A DNA stretch of 64,000 bases from Candidatus Bathyarchaeia archaeon (GTDB lineage: Archaea > Thermoproteota > Bathyarchaeia > Bathyarchaeales > Bathycorpusculaceae), in NCBI GenBank assembly GCA_038872535.1, contig JAVZJY010000001.1:6108-70107 (forward strand), in the 5' to 3' direction. Shown here piece after piece: positions 1 to 9,293 of the stretch. Below the pieces are notes generated by a model. That model did not search any database, was not told the DNA's origin, and saw only the letters and a program-made list of their open reading frames with translations. A program made the position numbers and the translations under genes. Within the stretch, counting starts at the first letter, position 1. Every line of letters begins with the position of its first letter.

Positions 1-83
1 AAAACTCTCTGAGCTTGCTGCATGGACTTTAAATGTTTTCGCTAACTTTGCTTACAAGAACGTTTTGACAAGGCTAGTAATGG

Positions 84-620
84 TTAACTGTGTAACTTAG
101 CGAGAATTTCGCTTTCAATTGGGTCTTCGTCAATCTTGAAGGTTTCTGGTTCTTCTATTCTTAATATAGCTTTCAAGGCTTCTGGGTCAAGTCCATGCAC
201 AAGTCTAAGTATTTCTTTCTTAGCCGACTCCAAATGGTTTTTGTGAATTTCATTATTTTTGTGCAGGGCTCCGGCTAGGGGGCATATTTTTTCCATTTTT
301 AAATACCACTCAATTTTTTGGGTTTGCTTGTTTATGTCGAAGGTTATTGGTCCCGCTACGCAAGTTTCTGGTTTTACGGGATGAACTTTGCATTTTCTTG
401 TCTGTTTATCATAGAATACGCAGTATCCTTCAGCATCTTCCCTTGGAAAAGTGTACATTGTTTTGGTAAATGGATTTTGAATGGGAATTCTCTGCTCTTT
501 TAAATATTCTTCTATAATTTTTCTACGCTCATTTGTTATTGGAGGTCTTGCGTTCTTGCAACAACTAATTTTGCACTTGTTGCAAACGGCAAAAAAGTCA
601 TTTTGTCTTTTGCTGTTCAT
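84..620 (-). CDS. YkgJ/UPF0153-family cysteine-cluster (zinc/iron-chelating) protein
   Basis: 178-aa ORF. It has an N-terminal CNKCKISCC cluster plus later C..F..KC and TC motifs, typical of CxxCxxCC YkgJ-type proteins. Confidence 0.65.
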   Translation of the reverse strand: MNSKRQNDFFAVCNKCKISCCKNARPPITNERRKIIEEYLKEQRIPIQNPFTKTMYTFPREDAEGYCVFYDKQTRKCKVHPVKPETCVAGPITFDINKQTQKIEWYLKMEKICPLAGALHKNNEIHKNHLESAKKEILRLVHGLDPEALKAILRIEEPETFKIDEDPIESEILAKLHS

Positions 621-637
621 TATAGGTTCTCCAGTGT

Positions 638-1846
638 TTAGAAGTAAGGTTGATTATTCATAAGGCTTTTTATAAGATTTGAGTAAACACTGACGATGGC
701 TTCTTTTAAATCTGTTCTTTGAGCCTTCCTTTGAACTCTTTCCTTTATAATATCTGAGAGGTTGCCACCTTCTATTCTTTTCTGTATTAGCGGAAGGTAT
801 TTCTTTTCCTCTTTTGAAGCATTTTCGCAAGCAATTTTGAAAAAGTGTTCGCACACTTGTTTAGCAGTTTTTCCTTTTGGATGCGAGACTTTTGCGTTTA
901 ATCCATTGGCTATGACTGAATTAAGGTCTTTCACGAGAGCTTCATGCGGTAAAAGATTTGGTTCACCCTTCATCAATCCTCTTAATAGCGCCCTTATGAA
1001 GCAGCTTAAAGCCACGTCTGATTGGACGCATTCTTGTTCATCCATGATTCTTATTTCAATGGCTTTTCTGTCGAATCGGAAAATTGCGCCGCGGGAGTTA
1101 ACCCAGTCCTTGTGAAGAAGGCATTTGTCTGCGCTTCGGTTGGCTAATTCCGTGGAGTATTTTTCTATGATTTCTTTTCTGTACTGTTTGAAAGAGTATA
1201 TGTATTCTGGGATTACATCTCCGGTTACTGAATTTACTTCCTTTTGGTTTGTCATGTAAAAGTGTAATCTGTTATCAATGTAAGCGCCAAATTTTCCTTC
1301 GTAGAGGGGTGATGATGCTGATATTGCTGGTAAATATGTGCAGATTTCCGCTAGAACATTATGCATCAAAATTGCTTGTTTCTCCTTAAAGTATGGAATG
1401 TTTAGTTGGAAGCTTTGAATGTTTAACCATCCATGCTGTTTAAGGTTGAAGATTTTGCTGTAAGCTTGGTAAATCTGTCTGTGACGGTGAGGCCAAACCA
1501 TGGTTTCTTCAAGTGCAAGTAGAGGATGCATTCCTGTTCCGAGGAGATGCGCCCCATATTTACTTTCCAGAAAATCGCCAATAGTTAAAACTGCTTCATG
1601 CATGGTTTCTTCGAATTTTTCTGGCGACTTAAATGGCATATTGGGTTTAATTTCCATAACATGTAGCTGAAGTTCCTTGCCAAATGTGAAGTTGGGTTGT
1701 TCTACAAAGTTTACAATTCGCCCGTGAAAATCTTTTATGACTTTGTCCATTATTGGTAATGCTTTTAACTCTCCGTTAACCAGTGAAAATTCATGTTCTG
1801 GACCCAACACTTCTAGGGTTTTGTACGTATACTGTTCCTCTTTCAT
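638..1846 (-). CDS. Glutamate-cysteine ligase family 2 (GCS2) / carboxylate-amine ligase
   Basis: 402-aa ORF with LGPEHEFSLVN, LQLHVMEIKPN and LLGTGMHP motifs like YbdK/GCS2 ligases. It is divergent from an ATP-grasp gene pair. Confidence 0.7.
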   Translation of the reverse strand: MKEEQYTYKTLEVLGPEHEFSLVNGELKALPIMDKVIKDFHGRIVNFVEQPNFTFGKELQLHVMEIKPNMPFKSPEKFEETMHEAVLTIGDFLESKYGAHLLGTGMHPLLALEETMVWPHRHRQIYQAYSKIFNLKQHGWLNIQSFQLNIPYFKEKQAILMHNVLAEICTYLPAISASSPLYEGKFGAYIDNRLHFYMTNQKEVNSVTGDVIPEYIYSFKQYRKEIIEKYSTELANRSADKCLLHKDWVNSRGAIFRFDRKAIEIRIMDEQECVQSDVALSCFIRALLRGLMKGEPNLLPHEALVKDLNSVIANGLNAKVSHPKGKTAKQVCEHFFKIACENASKEEKKYLPLIQKRIEGGNLSDIIKERVQRKAQRTDLKEAIVSVYSNLIKSLMNNQPYF

Positions 1847-1939
1847 TCTATTTTGTTCTGAAATATGAATATAAAAATACAGTTAATTTTAAATATGACT
1901 GAAGCAATACCGAGCATTCAATAATCTGGTGTTACATGC

Positions 1940-2632
1940 GTGTTGGTCGTATCAAACATCGACCTAACGACAAATTTGCCCATTATGAAACCGTCGACTT
2001 TCCTTGAATCGTCAGTTAAAGACTTCACTCTCAACATAAACAATGACTATCGATATTTAAAAACTGGATATTATGTTTCATTACATGCGGAGGTTCTAGG
2101 CAATCCTGTTATTCCACCAAGCGAAAACATTATAGACGCTTATAGAACGCCTCTTCTTCTGCTTAGGGCTTCAAAGGCTGAAATTCCAACAATTCCCTAC
2201 ATAGTAACCGATTCGGTGAAGCAAATAATTTCTCAGTTCAATTTTCCAGTTGTTATTTTTGCTGTCAACCCATTCTCCTATGATGGGTACAAAATCGCAA
2301 AAAATAGAAGCGCCCTTTACAGAGCCATGAAAAGTTTGGGTATGAACTACAAATTTGATGTTTGTGCGCAACCCCTAAGAGGAAACATGTTATCATTCAA
2401 ATCCATCTTTGGAAAATGCGATTTAGAAGGAGATATAGCGAAAATTTCAGCTAAAGTTTACGAAGTGTTTAAGATACCTATTTGCAAATTGCATGTGCAA
2501 TGCATCGAAAAAGAAGTGTACTTGTGTGGTCTCCAACCATTAAAAAAAGAAGAAATAACTGCACAAGATTTAAGGATAATTTCTGGCGAAGTTTCTCGAA
2601 TTTTTGAAAATGGTGACCACTTAATTGTCTAG
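1940..2632 (+). CDS. Hypothetical protein translationally coupled to a RimK-type ATP-grasp (possible RLAN-like N-terminal module expressed separately)
   Basis: 230-aa ORF with a GTG start. Its stop (2630-2632) overlaps the TTG start (2625) of the ATP-grasp gene by 8 nt. No motif I can name with certainty. Confidence 0.5.
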   Translation: MLVVSNIDLTTNLPIMKPSTFLESSVKDFTLNINNDYRYLKTGYYVSLHAEVLGNPVIPPSENIIDAYRTPLLLLRASKAEIPTIPYIVTDSVKQIISQFNFPVVIFAVNPFSYDGYKIAKNRSALYRAMKSLGMNYKFDVCAQPLRGNMLSFKSIFGKCDLEGDIAKISAKVYEVFKIPICKLHVQCIEKEVYLCGLQPLKKEEITAQDLRIISGEVSRIFENGDHLIV

Positions 2633-3503
2633 AATAGCATGTTTTGTTGAAAGATACAATTTTTCAGACCCTAAAGAGGTTTTGGCGTTACAGAACTTTA
2701 AAGTTGCAGCGGAGAAAATGGGTCATGCATTCAACTTCTTGTTTAGAGAAAACCTCTTGGAAATTCCGAAATACGACGCTGTCTTCATTAGAGCTACAAC
2801 AGACCCCCTTTACACTGCCTACATAGTTTCTAAGGCTGCTTGGGAGATGGGTTTAAACGTGGTTGATGACCCCAAATCCATACAAATTTGTGGAAACAAG
2901 ATTCACTTATACTCTCTTTTCAAAAAGTATGATGTTCCATATATTCCAACAATTTTCCTAAGCAAGGATGAACTGCATCATAAGCGAATAGTTGAGATTT
3001 TCAAAACTTTTGGAAGACCTATTGTGGTGAAGGCGCCATACACAAGTTTTTCGAGATATGTGGAAAAAGTGGCGTGTGAAACAAGTTTTAGAGAAGTTGC
3101 GAAGAGATTTTTCAGGAGATCCGATGTTTTGGCTGTTCAGAAATTTATGCCAACAGCTTTCGATTGGAGAGTCGGCGTCTTAAATGGCGAAGTTTTGTAT
3201 GTTTGCAAATATATGGTGCCAAAGGGCAGATGGAAACACGGCGCAAAAAGGAGAGGTAAACCAAGCTTTGTTTGGGGAAGAACTGTGACCCTTAAAAGGG
3301 AAAACGCTCCAATCAAATTGAAAGAAACGGCTTTGAAAGCTTGTGAAGTTGTTGGGCGTGGGCTTTATGGAGTTGACATAAAAGAATTCAACGGCAATTA
3401 TGTGGTGGTGGAAGTCAATGATAACCCAAGCATTTACGCCGGCAACGAAGACTTGAGAAACAGAGACATATACGAAAAGATTATAGCATACTTGGTTAAT
3501 TAG
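2625..3503 (+). CDS. RimK-like ATP-grasp ligase (alpha-L-glutamate ligase / glutathione synthetase-like)
   Basis: 292-aa ORF. Its layout matches the RimK ATP-grasp fold: RIACFVE, PIVVKAPYTSFSRYV, DWRVGVLNGEV and LYGVDIKE...VVEVNDNPS. Confidence 0.8.
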   Translation: MSRIACFVERYNFSDPKEVLALQNFKVAAEKMGHAFNFLFRENLLEIPKYDAVFIRATTDPLYTAYIVSKAAWEMGLNVVDDPKSIQICGNKIHLYSLFKKYDVPYIPTIFLSKDELHHKRIVEIFKTFGRPIVVKAPYTSFSRYVEKVACETSFREVAKRFFRRSDVLAVQKFMPTAFDWRVGVLNGEVLYVCKYMVPKGRWKHGAKRRGKPSFVWGRTVTLKRENAPIKLKETALKACEVVGRGLYGVDIKEFNGNYVVVEVNDNPSIYAGNEDLRNRDIYEKIIAYLVN

Positions 3504-3571
3504 CCTCCAAAAGTTCGACAGTTATTTATCTTTAACATCACAATTTAGTCTGATTATGGAGATGAGAATAG

Positions 3572-4498
3572 ATGTTGGAGAAAATTGAAGATTACAATCT
3601 CTTTAAGGGTATATCTGTAAACGACCTTGTTTTGCAGATGGAGAAAGCTTGGGGTTTTACGGCTGGAAAATTGGCAGTCGGTGTGAACATTCTAGAAAGA
3701 ATGATTAAGGATAGTGAATGTGTAAAGTTTCTTTCTTTCACTGGAAACCTTGTGGCTACGGGAACAAGAGGCGCCTTAAGAGAACTTGTAAAGCGGAAGC
3801 TTGTTGACGCCGTAATCACAACTTGCGGAACTCTCGACCATGATATTGCCAGAAGCTGGAAGAACTATTATAAGGGCTCATTTTTCATGGATGACGCCGA
3901 ACTTCGTAGGAAAAAGATAAACCGTCTAGGAAATGTTTTGGTTCCAAACGAAAGTTATGGAATGATAATTGAAAAGAAAATGCAGGAACTTCTTCAAACT
4001 CTATGGGAGGAAGGCGTCAAAGAATTATCAACCCGCCAGTTATGCCAAGAAATTGGAAAACGCACATGCAACGAAAACTCCATTCTTTACTGGGCAGCCA
4101 AAAACAACATACCGGTTTATGTGCCTGGCATAACAGATGGAGCAGTGGGCTATCAGCTCTGGCTTTTTTCACAAGACCACAACTTTAAAGTTAATTTGTT
4201 GAAGGATTCTGGCGAACTCAGCGAAACTATTTTTACTGCAAAGAAAACAGGTGCACTAATTGTTGGCGGTGGAATTTCGAAGCATCATACGCTTTGGTGG
4301 AATCAGTTCAGAGAAGGATTGGACTATGCAGTTTATGTTTGCACTGCTGATGAGTGGGACGGCAGCTTATCTGGCGCAAGACCGCGAGAAGCGATTTCAT
4401 GGGGGAAGATAAGCCAGAAAGCAGACACTGTTATGGTTGAGGGCGATGCTTCGCTGATTCTTCCAATTATGGTATGCTCGTTAATAACAAGACTTTAG
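3572..4498 (+). CDS. dys: Deoxyhypusine synthase
   Basis: 308-aa ORF with DAVITTCGTLDHD, a GGGISKHH NAD-binding motif and REAISWGKI (catalytic Lys context). Confidence 0.9.
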   Translation: MLEKIEDYNLFKGISVNDLVLQMEKAWGFTAGKLAVGVNILERMIKDSECVKFLSFTGNLVATGTRGALRELVKRKLVDAVITTCGTLDHDIARSWKNYYKGSFFMDDAELRRKKINRLGNVLVPNESYGMIIEKKMQELLQTLWEEGVKELSTRQLCQEIGKRTCNENSILYWAAKNNIPVYVPGITDGAVGYQLWLFSQDHNFKVNLLKDSGELSETIFTAKKTGALIVGGGISKHHTLWWNQFREGLDYAVYVCTADEWDGSLSGARPREAISWGKISQKADTVMVEGDASLILPIMVCSLITRL

Positions 4499-4503
4499 AT
4501 CAA

Positions 4504-5568
4504 TTAAGAAACGTTTTTAAAAATCCATGAAAGGTCTGGAGCCTTTCTTTTAATTTCTACTCTTTCATTGAGTGCATGCGTTATCAGTGGTAAGGCAATG
4601 GTTGCGTCACAGTAAACAGTCACCCTTTTTCCTTGGCTGTGGATTTTACCCCAGCTTATGGCTTCTTCTAATGTGCAACCGGACAAGCCGCCCCACTGTG
4701 GAGAATCTGTGGTGATTTGGATGGCATATTTGTGTGGGTAATAGTATTCTTTTACGCTTTTGCGTTTGAAGCCTTCTCTTCCGGGCACGCCTTTGTCCAT
4801 TGTTTTTGGCGAGACTGATATGGCTATGAGTTGTGTGAAGTCTTTTGGCACGCCTCCTCCTATGTAGATGACTCCTATGTCTTTTGTTTTTTCGCCTATG
4901 CCAACGAATTGGTCGAATTCTTTAACTTGGTCTAACAGAATAGCGTGTCCCTTGTTTTTTGCCATTAAGAAGGCTTCTCCATAAGCGCTGTCCGTTATTG
5001 CTGGACAAAATATTGGAACATTGTTTTCTGCTGCCGCTGCGGCTATGCTTTTTATTCCCTTTTTGCTTAGCCACTTGCCAAACAGATAAAGCAATTCCAT
5101 TGATGAGTATGCAAAATCAGTTTTTAGCGTTAGCATGAATTCGGTCATAAGTTCTTCCATTTGTCTATAATCGGATTCTTTTCCATAAACATCATAGTAT
5201 CTGTTTATGTCGGCTTTCACAAGTGCAGCATCATTAGCGTAATGCGTGCCTTGCCAATAACCAAGTCCCATAGCGTCAACAATGTCTTCTGAAACATTTG
5301 CTCCAGTTGAAACTAGAACGTCGATGAAACGTTTTTCTATAAGCCAATTAACAATTTTCCATTGTCCAGCAGTGCTCATGGAACCAGCAAATCCCATGAT
5401 TATTGTTAAGTCTTTTTCTTTGAGCATGGCTTCCCAAACTTCCACAGCCTCTCCAAGTTTTCTACCTTGATAAGCAGTTTTGCTCATTTCCGTCAAAAGC
5501 TCAGATACCGTCTTTTCTCTGACTTCGATGGGTTGAACCTTTCTTTCAAAGTATGAGCTTGACATATT
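4504..5568 (-). CDS. Deoxyhypusine synthase paralogue (DHS-like)
   Basis: The ORF track gives 4504..5616. The internal ATG at 5568 (MSSSYFERK) is preceded by AAAGGAGGCACAAT, so I prefer it as the start. Motifs: VLVSTGANVSEDI, GGGVPKDF, EEAISWGKI. Confidence 0.8.
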   Translation of the reverse strand, partial: NMSSSYFERKVQPIEVREKTVSELLTEMSKTAYQGRKLGEAVEVWEAMLKEKDLTIIMGFAGSMSTAGQWKIVNWLIEKRFIDVLVSTGANVSEDIVDAMGLGYWQGTHYANDAALVKADINRYYDVYGKESDYRQMEELMTEFMLTLKTDFAYSSMELLYLFGKWLSKKGIKSIAAAAAENNVPIFCPAITDSAYGEAFLMAKNKGHAILLDQVKEFDQFVGIGEKTKDIGVIYIGGGVPKDFTQLIAISVSPKTMDKGVPGREGFKRKSVKEYYYPHKYAIQITTDSPQWGGLSGCTLEEAISWGKIHSQGKRVTVYCDATIALPLITHALNERVEIKRKAPDLSWIFKNVS

Positions 5569-5673
5569 GTGCCTCCTTTTTAGGATTAAAAGGCTAGTAT
5601 AAGAAATTTTTGCCAAAAATTACTCAGCGTTAAGAAACTGCTAAATGTTTGCGTTCCCAGTTTAAGGCGGTGG

Positions 5674-6354
5674 ATGATTCGTTTGAGGTTGTCAAAAGAA
5701 GAACTAGCTAAAATGATAGACTCAACCAATGTAAAAGCCACAGCGACAAAAGAGGAAATTGAAAGACTCTGTAAAGAAGCTATAGAGTACGGCTTCAGAT
5801 GCGCAGTTGTTAACCCCTTTTACGTGAGGTTTGCAGCAAAAATGCTGAAGGATTCTGATGTTAGGGTTTGCTCGACCGTTGGTTTTCCTTTTGGCGTTTC
5901 ACTGCCAGAAATAAAGGCTTTAGAGGCTGTTAAAGCTGTGGAAGATGGCGCTGAAGAATTGGACATGGTTATTAATTTAAGTGCCTTAAAATCTGGCGAT
6001 TATGATTTTGTGAAACGAGATATAAAAGCTGTTTTAGACGCTAAACGCCTATCTAACGAAATAATTGTGAAAGTAATCATCGAAACTGCTTACCTCACGA
6101 AGGATGAAAAGATAACTGCTTGCAAACTTGTCAAAAAGGCTGGAGCAGATTTTGTTAAGACATCGACTGGCTTGTTTGGAAAAGGGGCAACAATTGAAGA
6201 TGTAAGGCTGATGCGAGAGATTGTAGGCGAAGACATGGGTGTTAAAGCCGCTGGTGGCATAAGAACCTACGCTGACGCAGTAGCCTTTATCAAGGCTGGA
6301 GCAAACCGCATAGGAACAAGCACAGCAACAACAATCATTGAAGGCGCACCATAA
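5674..6354 (+). CDS. deoC: Deoxyribose-phosphate aldolase
   Basis: 226-aa ORF with ELDMVINL, FVKTSTGL (Schiff-base Lys) and KAAGGIRT motifs. Confidence 0.9.
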   Translation: MIRLRLSKEELAKMIDSTNVKATATKEEIERLCKEAIEYGFRCAVVNPFYVRFAAKMLKDSDVRVCSTVGFPFGVSLPEIKALEAVKAVEDGAEELDMVINLSALKSGDYDFVKRDIKAVLDAKRLSNEIIVKVIIETAYLTKDEKITACKLVKKAGADFVKTSTGLFGKGATIEDVRLMREIVGEDMGVKAAGGIRTYADAVAFIKAGANRIGTSTATTIIEGAP

Positions 6355-6358
6355 AACG

Positions 6359-8308
6359 CTACATTTTTTCTGGAGCCACAATACCAAGCAAATTAAGCGC
6401 ATTTCTCAAAACAATTCTCACCGCATCTACGAGGGCAAGTCGCGCATCGCTAAGCTCCTTTGGTTCAGCCTTTATTACTGGTAAAGCATTGTAAAAAGTG
6501 TTAAATTTGTCGCTTAAAGCGTTTGCAAAATCAGCAATCATGTTTGGTTTAAGGAAATCAGTTGCTTCAACAAAAACTTCTGGAAAGTTTGCCAAATCTA
6601 AAACTATCTGATTTTCCATCTTCTCCTTCAACAGTTCATAACTTGGATTTTCAGGTTTTCTTGCAGCCTTTCGCAGGATGCTGCAAGCTCTTGCGTGAGT
6701 GTATTGAATGTATGGTGCACTGTTTTTTTCGAAATTTAACACTCTATCCCATGAGAAAACAACTGGTTTAGAAGGGTCAACCTCCACCAGAGCATAACGC
6801 ACAGCGCCTATACCAACAAACTCTGCAATCTTCCTCTTTTCATCCTCAGACAATTGTGGAGAACGCTTCGAAACTTCCTTGTAAGCCCGCTCCACAGCCT
6901 CATCCATAACTTCGTCAAAGGTTATGTAACGTCCCCTTCGGCTTGACATTTTGTAGCCAGGAAGAGTTACAAGATTGTAGGCGAAGTGAACCAAATTTTC
7001 TGCTTTCTTTCCATAACCCAAAGCGTGCAACGCTATTTTTAATTGCAGCTGCGCAAGGGTTTGCTCCATACCTATGACATTAATAAATTTCTCCGCCTTT
7101 TCGAATTTCCATAAAGTGTATGCGATGTCGCGTGTAGTATAAAGTGTTGTGCCATCAGCACGCATAAGCGTCAAAGATGGAACTTCGTAATCTTCTCTCA
7201 GTCCGAGCTTCTGTTTCAAGTTAAGCTCTTGAACAGCTTTTTCAGCGTCAAACTCTAAAACTCCTCCTAAGGCAAAAACGTAAGGCGTCTTCTTTAGTTT
7301 TTCAAGGGTTTCAGCTACGCGGTTGCTCCATACAAAATCGCTTTCCCAATCCCAAGAATCATAAAAAACTCCAGCACGCCCCAAAGTTTCCTTAAAACCT
7401 TGTAGGCATAATTCGCTAACCTCTCTTATGAGTCCCTTAGCTTCTTCCTCTCCTTCTTCGTAGGCTCGGTTTAGCTTGTTAACTTCGTTTTCTGGGTCTT
7501 CATCTTTACTGATCTCATTCAGAAGTTTCTCGAAAAGCTCTGGGAAACGTTCTTTAAGCTCTACTGCCACTGACATCCAATCGTCTAGTTCTCTGTTAAT
7601 TTTTGCGATTTCTTCTGTTAGCGAAGCCTTTTTTGCGTTTTCAAGTTCTTTTTTTAAGCGGTTGATTTCGATGAGGCAACTTGTTATGGTGTAGATTTTT
7701 CCAATGAAATGGTCTGGTTTTCCTTCTGGTTTGGGTTTGCCCAGTTTTTTGTATCCGTAGGCGATGACTGCTGTTTGACGACCAACATCATCGATGTAAT
7801 AGTGACGAAAAACCTTGTGTCCAATGGCTTTAAGCATATGCGCAATAGAATCGCCTAACATAGGGTTTCTGGCTTGTCCAATGTGTATGGGATGAAGCGG
7901 GTTTACGCTTGTGTGTTCCAAAATAATTTTCAAGGGTTTATCAGTTTTAACAAAACCATATTCAATGTCAAATTGTTCAGCCGATTCAATAACTAAACTT
8001 GAAAATTTCGCAAAGTCAACATAAAAGTTTATGTAACCGCCTCCTGCTGGAGCAACACTCTCAATTAAAGAAAACTTTGCCTTGTCCATGGCTTTCACTA
8101 TGCGTTCAGCCAAAACTGTGGGCTTTTCATTCAACTTTTTGGCAAGTTCAAAACATAAAGAAGAAGCTAACTGACCAAAATCTGGGTTTGGCGGTTTTTC
8201 CAATGTTAAGCGTGCACTCTCGATTTTCGGGAAAAGTTTCTTTAGGGTTTCTTCTAAAGCATTTTTACACTCAAGGCGGAATATGGCGAAGGGATTTTCT
8301 GAAACCAT
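6359..8308 (-). CDS. argS: Arginyl-tRNA synthetase
   Basis: 649-aa ORF. It has a class I HIGH-like motif (NPLHPIHIGQARN), a KMSSRRG (KMSKS-like) motif and a C-terminal DALR-type anticodon-binding region. Confidence 0.95.
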   Translation of the reverse strand: MVSENPFAIFRLECKNALEETLKKLFPKIESARLTLEKPPNPDFGQLASSLCFELAKKLNEKPTVLAERIVKAMDKAKFSLIESVAPAGGGYINFYVDFAKFSSLVIESAEQFDIEYGFVKTDKPLKIILEHTSVNPLHPIHIGQARNPMLGDSIAHMLKAIGHKVFRHYYIDDVGRQTAVIAYGYKKLGKPKPEGKPDHFIGKIYTITSCLIEINRLKKELENAKKASLTEEIAKINRELDDWMSVAVELKERFPELFEKLLNEISKDEDPENEVNKLNRAYEEGEEEAKGLIREVSELCLQGFKETLGRAGVFYDSWDWESDFVWSNRVAETLEKLKKTPYVFALGGVLEFDAEKAVQELNLKQKLGLREDYEVPSLTLMRADGTTLYTTRDIAYTLWKFEKAEKFINVIGMEQTLAQLQLKIALHALGYGKKAENLVHFAYNLVTLPGYKMSSRRGRYITFDEVMDEAVERAYKEVSKRSPQLSEDEKRKIAEFVGIGAVRYALVEVDPSKPVVFSWDRVLNFEKNSAPYIQYTHARACSILRKAARKPENPSYELLKEKMENQIVLDLANFPEVFVEATDFLKPNMIADFANALSDKFNTFYNALPVIKAEPKELSDARLALVDAVRIVLRNALNLLGIVAPEKM

Positions 8309-8407
8309 CTTTCTCCATCTTTATTGTGGAATGCTCTAAACCTTTTAGAGTTGAGGTTATATTTTAATTTGAAAATACAACTATGCACTTATGGACGTGA
8401 ATGTTCA

Positions 8408-9259
8408 ATGAAGACAAAAATAATCTTTTCAGAAAAATGCCTAAACTATGGATTTTCCCACATCGAAGGACCCGAAAGAGTCAGAAAAGCCCATGAAATC
8501 TTGAAGCAGAAGGGCTACGAATTTTTAACGCCAGAACCAGCACCAGAAGAAGCCTTGTTAAAGGTTCACGATGCCGAATACATTTGGAATTTAAAAAAGG
8601 GCTTCGTAGAGGACGCAGACACACCAGCCTACGAAAACATTTACGAATATGCGAGACTTTCTGCCGGCGGAGCCATTTTAGCAGCTGAAAACAATGGTTT
8701 TTCCCTTATGAGACCGCCAGGGCATCATGTTGGCAGAAACGGCGCTGCCATGGGTGCATATACAAGAGGCTTTTGCTATCTGAACAACATTGCCATAGCA
8801 ATAAAGCATCTGGATAAACCAACCTTAATCTTGGATATTGATGGTCATCATGGAAATGGGACGCAGGAGATTTTTTCCAGAGATTCAAAAGTAATTTATG
8901 TTTCATTGCATAGACATCCACATTATCCTGGAACGGGCTATGGTTGCGAGGCGAACTGTCTAAACTTTCCGTTATGGGCTGATTGTGGAGAGGAAGTTTA
9001 CCTAAAAACGTTGGATGAAGCCTTAAGTAAAGTTGACATTGACAGGTTTGAGGTTGTTGCGGTTTCCGCTGGATTCGATGCTCACGCTGGAGACTTGGCT
9101 TCGCTTGGTTTAACCGAAAAGACTTATAGGGAAATAGGAAAGCGTATAGCTTCATTGAAAAAGCCTACGTTCTTCGTTTTGGAAGGCGGCTACCACGGAG
9201 AAAACATTGGGAATGACATAGACCAATTGTTGAAAGCAATGGAAGCGATAAGTTTTTAA
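8408..9259 (+). CDS. Histone deacetylase / acetylpolyamine amidohydrolase family protein
   Basis: RPPGHH, DIDGHHGNGTQ, GFDAH and EGGY motifs. I prefer the start at ATG 8408 (MKTKIIF) over the longer 8324 track start. Confidence 0.85.
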   Translation: MKTKIIFSEKCLNYGFSHIEGPERVRKAHEILKQKGYEFLTPEPAPEEALLKVHDAEYIWNLKKGFVEDADTPAYENIYEYARLSAGGAILAAENNGFSLMRPPGHHVGRNGAAMGAYTRGFCYLNNIAIAIKHLDKPTLILDIDGHHGNGTQEIFSRDSKVIYVSLHRHPHYPGTGYGCEANCLNFPLWADCGEEVYLKTLDEALSKVDIDRFEVVAVSAGFDAHAGDLASLGLTEKTYREIGKRIASLKKPTFFVLEGGYHGENIGNDIDQLLKAMEAISF

Positions 9260-9293
9260 ATTTCTCTAAAATATTTTCGCCGAGGGGTTTTAA

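Noticed and set aside
8329-8347. Small hairpin or palindrome ctctaaa-cct-tttagag in the argS / HDAC divergent promoter region
   Set aside because: A 7-bp AT-rich stem is expected by chance in AT-rich intergenic DNA. There is no second copy or flanking signal to support an operator or terminator call.
8706-9155. 149-aa antisense ORF inside the HDAC-family gene. Similar long antisense ORFs: 45846..46307, 10010..10381, 15696..16112, 14901..15326, 18025..18399, 38585..38959, 39126..39584, 44597..44992, 24601..24912.
   Set aside because: Each lies entirely opposite a gene with strong family motifs and has biased, low-complexity composition (Ser/Leu/Phe/Pro-rich). None has an SD or recognisable domain. 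They are typical shadow ORFs.
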